A stretch of 57,877 nt of DNA from an uncultured Bacilli bacterium (GCA_944329385.1 CALVIE010000003.1:1-57877), one strand, 5' to 3'. Positions 29,213-38,449 are shown, numbered from the stretch's first letter. Notes: a model not told the origin generated them from the sequence alone. Translations and numbers: made by a program.

Positions 29213-29313
29213 TTGAATTAAAATCTTCATTTATGATATATTATCTCTGCAAGGAAAAAATGCCAAATCATTTTTGTAAGGGGTCTATTTTAGGATAGAG
29301 CCCTATTTTTTTT
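29213..29313 (+). ncRNA. Orphan promoter-to-terminator unit (candidate small RNA or 12-codon ORF)
   Basis: TTGAAT-18-TG-n-TATATT promoter, then an RNA of roughly 55-65 nt, then the GGGTCTAT/ATAGAGCCC hairpin and a T-run. Confidence 0.3.
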
Positions 29314-29452
29314 AAATAATTAATTTAGAAAAAAATTTATTTTTTGAGTAACATAAAAATAAATCTGAAACTTTAACTAAAAAAAGCAAAGTAACTAGCC
29401 CAAGAACTAATCATAAAATAATTAAAATAAAACTATATAAAGGATGATAAAA

Positions 29453-30229
29453 ATGAACCAAACTTTAAATAAAAACAAAATTAAACAAATTATTAATCAA
29501 ACACCATCAGACAAACTTGAAGAAATCACAAATATTTTAATAGATGAAATTCCAGTATGTCATTATGAAAAAATAATATGTAAAATCAAAAACATAAATG
29601 GAACACTCAAAATTGATAAAAAATCACTAAAAGAAACAGAAGACTATATAACAAATGCTTTTAAAGAAATAGAAGAAGGTAATATTTGCTTTAACTGTTA
29701 TTCTTATCAAAATGGAAGTTATTCATATTATGGTGAAGACTATGACATTCATTATTATAGTAATGAAGAAATGGATGAAATTTTAGATAAAACATTTGAA
29801 TTTGGAAAAAGTCTGATTTACCATAAAGAATATCATAAAGCAATTAAAATACTTGAAAAAATTTTAAATGCAAAATATTGGTGTGAAGAAGTAATTGGTC
29901 CTGAATATGCCGATAACGGTGAAGTAATAGATACCTTTGAAACAGATATTGAAAACCTAAACGATTCTTTAGATTTTGATTTAAATATAGTTAAATTATT
30001 TATAGTCTATGGACTTCTTGTAACACAAAACTATGATAACTTTCAAAAAATATATGATTATTTAAGTTATTATCACTTAAAAGATTCATTAAAGTTAGGG
30101 ATTGAAGAAATTAAAGACATAGATTTATTTTTAAAAAAATGGATTGAATTTTTAAAAACAAAAGGCACACAAAAATCAGAAAGACTTTTAAACGAAGCCA
30201 TAAAACTGCAAGAAAGTGAACATGCCTAA
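29453..30229 (+). CDS. Hypothetical protein
   Basis: ORF with SD AAAGGA before the ATG at 29453. No recognised motif. Its 3' end is duplicated in decayed form at 25962..26097. Confidence 0.5.
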   Translation: MNQTLNKNKIKQIINQTPSDKLEEITNILIDEIPVCHYEKIICKIKNINGTLKIDKKSLKETEDYITNAFKEIEEGNICFNCYSYQNGSYSYYGEDYDIHYYSNEEMDEILDKTFEFGKSLIYHKEYHKAIKILEKILNAKYWCEEVIGPEYADNGEVIDTFETDIENLNDSLDFDLNIVKLFIVYGLLVTQNYDNFQKIYDYLSYYHLKDSLKLGIEEIKDIDLFLKKWIEFLKTKGTQKSERLLNEAIKLQESEHA

Positions 30230-30295
30230 AAGCATGTTTTTAAATACTTTGTAATAATAACAATCTATGATATACTATAGCCAAAGAGGTGTACT

Positions 30296-30475
30296 ATGAA
30301 AAAAATTGATGAAAACTATGATTTTGCTATATTTTTAAAAGCAAATGCTGATGATCAAGAATTAGATGAAGATTTCAAAAGATTACATAAAAAATATTTT
30401 GCCAACTATGACTGTTCAAAATGTAGAAAATGTTGTAAAAAATTATATGCAAAATTTCAAGAAAATGAAATGTAA
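30296..30475 (+). pseudogene. Short ORF resembling the N-terminal fragment of a CxxCxxCC (YkgJ-type) cysteine-cluster protein
   Basis: 59 codons ending soon after DCSKCRKCCKK. Proteins of this family are normally much longer. Confidence 0.3.
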
Positions 30476-30576
30476 AAAACATCAATAAATAGTCGGAATT
30501 TTGTGATTTTCAGACTATAAATATCTGGAATTTGGTGATAACATATTAGATATCAATAATAATTAAGGAGAAAACT

Positions 30577-31062
30577 ATGGAATACCGTGATTTGTATGAT
30601 AAAAATAGAAAACTAACAGGGAAAATAATATCAAAAGACAAGCCAATACCAAAAGGTTATTATATATTGGTTGTAGTATGCTTCATGGAAAATAGTGAAG
30701 GAAAATTTCTCATGCAAAAAAGATCAGTTATAAAAGATGGTAAATGGGCATCAACCGGCGGTCACCCAAAAACCGGTGAAGATTCACTAACCGGAATGCA
30801 TACAGAAATCAAAGAAGAACTTGGATTAGATATAAATAAAGATGAGTTAAAATTAATAACTACTATGCAAGATGACAAAATTATATGTGATCTTTATTAT
30901 CTAAATAAAGATATAGACCTTAATGATATAACTATGCAAAAAAGTGAAGTATCAGATGTTAAGTATCTTACATTAGATGAAATAGAAAACTTATATCAAA
31001 AAGGTAAATTTAAAAAATCACATTACCACATGTTTAAACACTGCTTAGAAAAACTAAAATAG
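30577..31062 (+). CDS. NUDIX hydrolase with a variant Nudix box (Arg replaced by Thr)
   Basis: GGHPKTGEDSLTGMHTEIKEELGL fits GX5EX7-T-EUXEEXGU. Confidence 0.75.
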   Translation: MEYRDLYDKNRKLTGKIISKDKPIPKGYYILVVVCFMENSEGKFLMQKRSVIKDGKWASTGGHPKTGEDSLTGMHTEIKEELGLDINKDELKLITTMQDDKIICDLYYLNKDIDLNDITMQKSEVSDVKYLTLDEIENLYQKGKFKKSHYHMFKHCLEKLK

Positions 31063-31075
31063 AAAGGATGATATC

Positions 31076-31867
31076 ATGATCCCTAAATTAAAACAAATAG
31101 ATGACCTAACCCACTATGAATTTAATGAAACAATTAAACAAAGAGGCTTAGATTATTTTGAAAAAGGTAATGTCATTTCCTGCTTAAAAAATAAAAACAC
31201 ATACTTTGCCAAAGTAAAAGGAAAAGTTGAATATAAAGTTAAAATAGAATTCTTCAAAAATAATTTAATAATGTCATGCACCTGCCCATGTGACTTTAAT
31301 TGTAAACATGAATTTGCCACCATCCTATCTATATTTACTAACAATTATAAAAATATAACTCTAAAAAGAAAAATTCCAAAGAAAACCCAAAGCATAAGAA
31401 AAACTATCAGTCAAATACCAGCCGAGGAATTAAAACAATATCTTTTAAAAAAGCCATATTTTAATAAAACAGAGTTTGAACAACATTTCATCAAATATAT
31501 GCCATCACAGAGCTATAACTATTACTATAATAATCTTTATAATAATCTTACTTTAGATAACAATTATTTAGAAACATTAGCTGATTTTATTAATGATTTA
31601 AAAATAAAAATAAAGAGTAAAAATTATTCAAATTCATTTATAATAATTAAAGCCATTATTAACGCTCTAAAAGATACAGATAACCTAGATAATAATAAAC
31701 TAATCAATATTTATTATTGGTTAAATCTTATTCTAAAAATAACTTATAAAAAATCCAATCAAACAATTAAAAATGCTATAACATCATGGCTTAACTACAT
31801 TAAACAAAATAACTATTTTGAAAGTTTATGCCTAGAAAATATGATAGGAGAAATACTAAATGTATAA
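31076..31867 (+). CDS. SWIM zinc-finger protein
   Basis: CTCPCDFNCKH (CxCxnCxH) follows a beta-rich N-terminal region. It starts 13 nt after the NUDIX stop. Confidence 0.7.
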   Translation: MIPKLKQIDDLTHYEFNETIKQRGLDYFEKGNVISCLKNKNTYFAKVKGKVEYKVKIEFFKNNLIMSCTCPCDFNCKHEFATILSIFTNNYKNITLKRKIPKKTQSIRKTISQIPAEELKQYLLKKPYFNKTEFEQHFIKYMPSQSYNYYYNNLYNNLTLDNNYLETLADFINDLKIKIKSKNYSNSFIIIKAIINALKDTDNLDNNKLINIYYWLNLILKITYKKSNQTIKNAITSWLNYIKQNNYFESLCLENMIGEILNV

Positions 31868-32888
31868 AAAATTAGAATTTGAAATGTCAGATGGCTTAAT
31901 AATTAAAGGACAAATAGAAGGAAATATAGACTCAGATAACCTAATAGTCATGCTTCATAGTGGTGGATATGATAGACATGAAAGAGGTATCAAAGAAATA
32001 AAAAATCAACAAAAGATATATTTTAATCCTTTAGGTAACTATGATTATCTAACAAATCTCTTAAAACATGATTATGCTATTTTAAGAATTGATCAAAGAA
32101 ACCATGGAGAAAGTGGAAAAAATATTGATATAGATCCATTAATAAAAACATTAAATTCATTAGATATTCCTAGTAAAGATATAAACATAATAATTAAAGC
32201 CGAGTTAGCTAGAGATAAACAAACCCTAAATAAATTAATAAATAAATATCCTAAAATAAAAGATATAGTAAATAGACCTCCAATTCAAGATTTATCTTTT
32301 ATTAAAATGAAAGATGACTTAGAAGAAGTCATGAAAAAATTACCAAAAAAAATCAAAAAAGAATTTCACACAATTGACTACGTAGGAACATGTATGGGTA
32401 CCGTTGTCCTAGGTCTATATTTAAAAGAAAACAAAGAAAAAGCAAATTCCTTAACCTTATTTTCCCCACTTTATACCTTTGAATATTCATTTATTAATCC
32501 TCCAAAAGAAGCAGAATTTTTAATAAATAAGAAAAATGCTGTGGAAAACGGAAAACAATTTAGATTAGGCAATGCCGTTGAGGGACCATCAACATTAAAA
32601 GAAGTCAAAGAATTTTCTAAAAACTTCTTAACTAACATTGCCTCTTTAGATATTCCTATATTTTGTATTCAAGGCCAAAACGATGTCCTAGTTCCTCAAA
32701 AAATGCAAACTCAAATCTTTAAACAGCTAGAAAACTATAGAATAGCTAATAATCTAAGTGAAATATATTATGCCGAAAATAAAGGAGTACACTGCTTATA
32801 TGATGCCATATTTCCATCAGTATTAGATGCCTATTGGTTCATCGAATCAAATAAAAAACCAGTAAAAACAAAAACCAAACCATTATAA
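31860..32888 (+). CDS. Alpha/beta-hydrolase-fold protein with a GxCxG nucleophile elbow
   Basis: HSGG...DQRNHGESG, VGTCMGT, QGQNDVLVP and GVHCLYD motifs. It overlaps the SWIM gene by 8 nt. Confidence 0.7.
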   Translation: MYKKLEFEMSDGLIIKGQIEGNIDSDNLIVMLHSGGYDRHERGIKEIKNQQKIYFNPLGNYDYLTNLLKHDYAILRIDQRNHGESGKNIDIDPLIKTLNSLDIPSKDINIIIKAELARDKQTLNKLINKYPKIKDIVNRPPIQDLSFIKMKDDLEEVMKKLPKKIKKEFHTIDYVGTCMGTVVLGLYLKENKEKANSLTLFSPLYTFEYSFINPPKEAEFLINKKNAVENGKQFRLGNAVEGPSTLKEVKEFSKNFLTNIASLDIPIFCIQGQNDVLVPQKMQTQIFKQLENYRIANNLSEIYYAENKGVHCLYDAIFPSVLDAYWFIESNKKPVKTKTKPL

Positions 32889-33223
32889 AGTTTGGTTTTT
32901 AAATCTAATAAATGCATAATTTTTACAATCATCTTGAATATAAAATGTAACTGTGATAACATAAAACCAAAAGGAGTATTTATGCAGTTAGAAACATTAA
33001 AAGAAAAAATAAAGAAATCACCATAAATCAATTAGAGATTGAAGATCTATTCAAACTTTCCGAAGGACGCTTTATTAATAACGCTTTAAAAGAGGAATTT
33101 AATCTAAATCAAAAGCAAATAAATAAATTTCGAAAAGAAAAAAACTTTACTAATTTTAACCTTGAAAATCTTATAAGAAACTTAATAGTTTTATATGACT
33201 ATATCCAAGATAACTATCCAGAA

Positions 33224-33847
33224 ATGTTAAAATATTATATTGATATGATTCCAACAATTGCAAGTTCACTTGGCCAACTAAATGGAAAAAAAGAATTTTT
33301 TGAAAGAAAAACAAACGATATTGATTGGAATCATTTAAATCCTAAATTAGAAATAAAAACAAGAAAAATAGATGTTGGCTATAGACTAGAAAAACTAAAA
33401 AAAATAATATTTGCTCTTGAAACAAATTATTTAAAATATAAAGAAAATGAAATGATTATGCAAGATATAAAAAAAGAAAATTCTTCATCTAATAAAATAA
33501 TCTATAAACCTAAAAAGAAAACAAACACTAAAACCAAACAAACATTAAAACAAACATCAAGAGATGCCTTAGTCAAAAAAAGAGCCTTAGAAAAAGCTAA
33601 CTATAAATGTGAACTAAATCCAAATCATCAAACTTTTATAAATAAATCAAATGGTAAACCATATATTTTGGGACACCATTTAATCCCCTTAGAATTTGAA
33701 TATCTATTTCCATATAGTTTAGATATTGAAGCAAACATCGTTTCACTTTGTAGTTTGTGTCATGATGAAATACACCACGGTATAAATTATAAAGAGCTAA
33801 TTGATAAATTATATAATCAAAGAAAAGAAAACTTAAAAGAATGTTGA
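33224..33847 (+). CDS. HNH endonuclease domain protein (N-terminal part apparently frameshifted, see findings)
   Basis: GHHLIPLEF...NIVSLCSLCHDEIHHG HNH motif. The frame stays open upstream to 32960, but the only good SD and ATG (32982) are in another frame. Confidence 0.7.
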   Translation: MLKYYIDMIPTIASSLGQLNGKKEFFERKTNDIDWNHLNPKLEIKTRKIDVGYRLEKLKKIIFALETNYLKYKENEMIMQDIKKENSSSNKIIYKPKKKTNTKTKQTLKQTSRDALVKKRALEKANYKCELNPNHQTFINKSNGKPYILGHHLIPLEFEYLFPYSLDIEANIVSLCSLCHDEIHHGINYKELIDKLYNQRKENLKEC

Positions 33848-33931
33848 ATCGAAATAGACGATATTCAATACTTGTATGACATGTATGATAGAGTAAGATT
33901 AGACAAAATATTTAATGAAAAGGAGTAAAAT

Positions 33932-35476
33932 ATGAAAATATTTGAAGAAATTAATCACTACCGCAAAGAATTTGTCTTTGATATATATACAAGAGTAGTA
34001 GAAAACTTTAAAGACTATGAAAAAATAACCAAAAAGCAAATGATAAAAGAAATATATAAAGTATATGAAAATCCTCAAAACATCATTGATATATGTACAT
34101 TTAGAGAATTAAAATATCTTCAAATGTATTTAAATAACGATAAAGAATATCTAGAAAACAAATACGACTGGGAAAGAACAACATTACATAAGAAATTCTT
34201 AATTAACTATGAAATAACCAATGATATAGAAATATATGAAGAAGCCTTAGAAAACATCAAAAAAGCTCTATCCATGGTAAAATGGACAGAAGTTAAACAT
34301 AAAACAAAAATTAATGAAATTCTAGTTAGCTTTTGTAAAATTCAAGGAACATTTCTCGTGCCACCAGTCATCGAACTTTTTCCTACACTTTTACAAGAAA
34401 CAAATGAAACAATATATAATCATATACATAATGATAGAGTATTTAAATATTATGTTACCATTGAACCAGAATATATTGAATCATTAAATCAATATGTAGA
34501 AATGCTAATATTCAATGATTACTATCACCTAAAAGATGAACTAGCCAAAGCTAGACAAAAGCAAGGTGTCGGAGCTTTCCCAAAATTAACCACAAAAGAC
34601 TATATATCAAATTTTTATAATGAATTTAATTTGAATAATAAAACCATAAAAAAATTTCATGACGAATTATATAAACTACCATTCTTCTCTTTCTCAGCTA
34701 TTGAACCTATCAATGAATATGCCTTGTTAAATTTAGATAGAAAATCTCTAAAAAATGCAATTACAGATATTCCAGCCTTAAAAAATATTGACCTCACAAA
34801 TTTCTTTAAATTAATGGATAAAGCCATGGACGAAATGCCCTCAGGGGCATTAAATGGTCTAACTCCAAATGAACTTAAAGAATATAAAAAAATTCAATTT
34901 CAAAATGAAATAAAAAAACAAAAAAGATATGTTAAACAAACAAACGCTCATATTAATCTAAAAGATGCAAAATTATTTTATAAACTATATTTTTCATTAT
35001 TAAATTATACAAATAAAAAATATCAAATAGATTCAAAATATAACGTTATAAAGCAAAAAGGTAAAAACACCAAAGTCATGAGTCAAATTATCGAAAAACT
35101 TTGGGAAAATAAAGATACCATTATTGATAAATTCACTAAAGACAATCCCTATAAATTTAATCAAGATGAAATAAAACTTGTTTTAGAATTTAAAAAAGGC
35201 ATAAGAACTAATTTTATCATAGACCGCTTTGAAGAAGAATATACCCCATTAATGACTAACGATAAAACATATATGGTCAAAGGATTATATGACAACATTG
35301 ACCAAGTAATTTCATATAGTAAATTCCCAATATTTGTCACAACAACCATCATTCCATTTAAAGAAAATCTAATTTACGATGGACTAATTCAAACAGTAAA
35401 CATATCCTTTGGACCAGAATTTTCAAACTTAGCCGACAAACAATATAATGAACTAATGAAATACTATCACTTATAA
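33932..35476 (+). CDS. Hypothetical protein (514 aa)
   Basis: Long ORF with a good SD (AAGGAG). No recognised motif. Confidence 0.55.
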   Translation: MKIFEEINHYRKEFVFDIYTRVVENFKDYEKITKKQMIKEIYKVYENPQNIIDICTFRELKYLQMYLNNDKEYLENKYDWERTTLHKKFLINYEITNDIEIYEEALENIKKALSMVKWTEVKHKTKINEILVSFCKIQGTFLVPPVIELFPTLLQETNETIYNHIHNDRVFKYYVTIEPEYIESLNQYVEMLIFNDYYHLKDELAKARQKQGVGAFPKLTTKDYISNFYNEFNLNNKTIKKFHDELYKLPFFSFSAIEPINEYALLNLDRKSLKNAITDIPALKNIDLTNFFKLMDKAMDEMPSGALNGLTPNELKEYKKIQFQNEIKKQKRYVKQTNAHINLKDAKLFYKLYFSLLNYTNKKYQIDSKYNVIKQKGKNTKVMSQIIEKLWENKDTIIDKFTKDNPYKFNQDEIKLVLEFKKGIRTNFIIDRFEEEYTPLMTNDKTYMVKGLYDNIDQVISYSKFPIFVTTTIIPFKENLIYDGLIQTVNISFGPEFSNLADKQYNELMKYYHL

Positions 35477-35486
35477 GGAGAAAAAC

Positions 35487-35921
35487 ATGGATGATTATGA
35501 AAAATATGAAAAAAATGTTCAAAAAAACATTAAAAGAAATGAAAGATTTTTAAAAGAATTCAAAAACGAAATGAACAAACAAAAACTTTCACAAAAAACC
35601 ATAAATAAGCATTTAAATAATATTAAATTTTACTTAAATACCTATTTAAACTATTTTGACGTCATCAAAATGGAAGATGGTGCCCAAAAAATAGACTTAT
35701 TCCTAGGTGATTGGTTTATTCATAAATGCTTATGGGCAAGTATAACATCAATTAAAGAAAATGCCACAAGCATAAAAAAATTTTATAAATGTATGTATGA
35801 ATTAAATCACATAGATAAAGATACTTATGATGATTTATGTCTATCTATTAAAGAAAATATGGAAGATTGGTTAGAAGAATTGACAGCCTTTGATAACATG
35901 GACTTTGATGATTTTTTCTAA
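35487..35921 (+). CDS. Hypothetical helical protein (possible recombinase core-binding/SAM-like domain only)
   Basis: LSQKTINKHLNNIKFYLNTYL ... TSIKENATSIKKFYKCMYE is loosely like integrase N-terminal SAM-like domains. There is no catalytic domain. The C-terminus is acidic. Confidence 0.35.
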   Translation: MDDYEKYEKNVQKNIKRNERFLKEFKNEMNKQKLSQKTINKHLNNIKFYLNTYLNYFDVIKMEDGAQKIDLFLGDWFIHKCLWASITSIKENATSIKKFYKCMYELNHIDKDTYDDLCLSIKENMEDWLEELTAFDNMDFDDFF

Positions 35922-35963
35922 AAACAAACACAAAATAAAAAATCAATGATATAATATATTTGA

Positions 35964-36078
35964 AACCTTATAAAGAGTGATGGAGGGACTGGCCCTATGA
36001 AATCACAGCAACCTATTTAAGTTAGGTGCTAAAGCCGGACGATAAGGAACTATAGCAAGTTCCTCGCTTGTTTTTTTC
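35964..36078 (+). promoter_or_regulatory. SAM-I (S-box) riboswitch with terminator
   Basis: CTTATAAAGAGTGATGGAGGGACTGGCCCTATGAAATCACAGCAACC...GGTGCTAAAGCCGGACGATAAGG matches the S-box core. It is followed by the AGGAAC/GTTCCT hairpin and T7, and precedes metK. Confidence 0.88.
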
Positions 36079-36107
36079 TTTATAAAGGTTTAAAGAAGGA
36101 GGAATTT

Positions 36108-37130
36108 ATGAAACTATATTCAAATGAAATAGTATTTCGTGGTCATCCAGATAAAGTCTGTGACCAAATCAGTGATGCCCTTTTAGATGCTTACCTAAAA
36201 GAAGATAAACATTCAAGATGTGGCATCGAAGTAATGGGCGGTAAAGGAAAAATTTTTATCACAGGAGAAGTTACATCCAAAGCTAATATAAATATAGAAA
36301 AAATTACAAAACGTGTTTTAAAAGATATTGGTTACCACACAAATTATCAAATAATAAATAACTTAGGTAAACAAAGTGAGGATATTGCCCTTGGAACAAA
36401 CGATGAAATCGGTGGAGCTGGTGATCAAGGTATGATGTTTGGCTATGCCACAAACGAAACCAAAGAAATGCTTCCACTTGCTCAAGTAATACTTCAAAAA
36501 TTAAGTAAATGGTATGATAAAAAAAGAAAAGAATGTTCATATCTACTTCCAGATGGAAAAGCTCAAATCACTGGATACTATGATGAAAATATGAGATTAC
36601 AAAAAATAAAATATTTTACTGTATCCTATCAAAATGATGAAAAGCATAGAGATTATACCGATAACTTAATTAAAGAAAAATGCCTAGAACTATGTCAAAA
36701 CTATAACATCGAAATAGAAAATTTTCTAATTAATCCAACCGGTAAATTTTTAATTGGTGGCTTTGATGGCGATGCTGGCTTAACTGGAAGAAAAATTGTT
36801 ATTGATAGTTACCACTCATTTGCTAAAGTAGGTGGAGGAGCTTTCAGTGGAAAAGATCCATCTAAAGTAGATAGATCTGGCGCATATAAAGCAAGAGAAA
36901 TAGCTAAAGAATATTTAAAAAAACATAACCTAAAATGGTGCCAAGTTCAAATAAGCTATGCTATTGGTCTAGATAACCCCTTGGCCATATATATAAATAG
37001 CGATAAAGGAAACATTGAACCATCATTCAAATTATATAATGAATGCACTCCAAAAAACATCATCAAAGACTTAAATCTATATCAAACAATCTATGAAGAA
37101 AAAGCAAAATTTGGCCATTTCACAAACTAA
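36108..37130 (+). CDS. metK: S-adenosylmethionine synthetase (compact, divergent form, 340 aa)
   Basis: GHPDKVCDQISDALLDA, GAGDQGMMFGYA, DGDAGLTGRK and GGGAFSGKDPSKVDRSGAY motifs. Confidence 0.85.
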   Translation: MKLYSNEIVFRGHPDKVCDQISDALLDAYLKEDKHSRCGIEVMGGKGKIFITGEVTSKANINIEKITKRVLKDIGYHTNYQIINNLGKQSEDIALGTNDEIGGAGDQGMMFGYATNETKEMLPLAQVILQKLSKWYDKKRKECSYLLPDGKAQITGYYDENMRLQKIKYFTVSYQNDEKHRDYTDNLIKEKCLELCQNYNIEIENFLINPTGKFLIGGFDGDAGLTGRKIVIDSYHSFAKVGGGAFSGKDPSKVDRSGAYKAREIAKEYLKKHNLKWCQVQISYAIGLDNPLAIYINSDKGNIEPSFKLYNECTPKNIIKDLNLYQTIYEEKAKFGHFTN

Positions 37131-37153
37131 AAATGAGGACTAAAAACCTCATT

Positions 37154-38113
37154 TTATTTCCAAAATTTTTTGCTTTTAACTAAAGAATGACCTTTCGCAT
37201 ACTTCCCATTTTTAATATATTGTTTCAAAAAATCTAACTTATCTCTATTGTTATCATATATTAAATCAGCTAAAGATAAAGCTTTATCTAAATTAATATG
37301 ACCATACTCTAAAATTAAATCATTATAGTAATCACGCTCACTAATCAAAAAATATAAGTCAAGTAAATTTAAATCATCTCTAACCGAAGCCTTAATCAAA
37401 CTCCCAAAAAAATTAACATTATTTTGCCAAATAACCTCCTCTAACGTTCCATTTGGACACCTTATTTCAATAGTATTTTTATCTAAACTTTCATTTGCAC
37501 GAAAAGCATAATAATTATTAAAATTAATACCTAAATTTCTAGTAATATTTTTAAATGTTCCTAAAAAATAATCTGTACTTTTAAAATATTCATCATCATC
37601 AATAAAATGTCTAAATGTCCAAGAAGCTGGTCTAGCCCAAGTATTCGCCGAAAACCTTGTGTTTAACATCTCGCCATTTCCAAACCTATATATTATATCT
37701 TCATAAGCCATCCATAAATATACTAAATTCTTTAAATAATTGCAGTTATCTTTAAAAACATCCGCCCCAAAATGAATATGTCCAGCACATCTTTCATTAC
37801 AAGAGCCAAATAACTTCAAATAATCACACGTATTTTTTAAAATAATCCAGCTAAATTCATTATCATATAATATAGGACTTTGAAGCTCATAACCATTAAC
37901 CCTATCAACAGAATCTTCACATGCTAAACTAAACGGTGTATAATTAGAATAATCATCCATATCATCAGAGCCTAGAAACTCCATCTCAAGCCCAAAACTC
38001 AAATTACCAAGCTTTAAATAAGGTTTATATTCAATATAATATTCTTTTAAAAATTTAAGCAAATCCTTTTTTTCTTTCTTATTCATCCCACTAAATAAAT
38101 CATTTTCATTCAT
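37154..38113 (-). CDS. Putative amidoligase (Amidoligase_2 / carboxylate-amine ligase fold)
   Basis: FGLEMEF, GYELQSP, CAGHIHFG and IEIRCPNGT follow the GxExE / ExxSP / GxHxH / ExR pattern of this fold. Confidence 0.5.
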   Translation of the reverse strand: MNENDLFSGMNKKEKKDLLKFLKEYYIEYKPYLKLGNLSFGLEMEFLGSDDMDDYSNYTPFSLACEDSVDRVNGYELQSPILYDNEFSWIILKNTCDYLKLFGSCNERCAGHIHFGADVFKDNCNYLKNLVYLWMAYEDIIYRFGNGEMLNTRFSANTWARPASWTFRHFIDDDEYFKSTDYFLGTFKNITRNLGINFNNYYAFRANESLDKNTIEIRCPNGTLEEVIWQNNVNFFGSLIKASVRDDLNLLDLYFLISERDYYNDLILEYGHINLDKALSLADLIYDNNRDKLDFLKQYIKNGKYAKGHSLVKSKKFWK

Positions 38114-38230
38114 AGTTCATTCACCTTGATCATTTATTATAATAATAAAAAAAAGAATGTCAAATCCATAGTAAAAAAAATTTATACGTGATATAATATA
38201 GAACAAAATTATAAAAAAGGAGTAATTAAA

Positions 38231-38449
38231 ATGACTAATAAAATAGAATATATAGAATACTTAATAAATGAATTAAAAAAATATAAAGCGTTAATAGCAG
38301 ATTTAAAAAAAGAAGAATTATATACACATTATATAGATTATGATTGGGACGAAAATGCATTTATTGATTATGAACTATTTGACTTAGATGAATATATTGA
38401 TGATTGGATGTGCCAATATAATCAAAATCAAAAAAAGAAAACTAAATAA
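38231..38449 (+). CDS. Small acidic protein, unknown
   Basis: 72-aa ORF with SD AAGGAG, divergent from the amidoligase gene. Confidence 0.4.
   Translation: MTNKIEYIEYLINELKKYKALIADLKKEELYTHYIDYDWDENAFIDYELFDLDEYIDDWMCQYNQNQKKKTK

Noticed and set aside
32831-33031. 66-aa minus-strand ORF between the hydrolase and HNH genes
   Set aside because: It overlaps the 3' end of the hydrolase gene and the frameshifted HNH 5' region. It has no SD and a hydrophobic low-complexity translation.
21287-35921. Prophage or integrative-conjugative element at tRNA-His
   Set aside because: I see no integrase, recombinase catalytic domain, structural phage genes, conjugation genes or duplicated tRNA 3' end. It is better described as a variable island.
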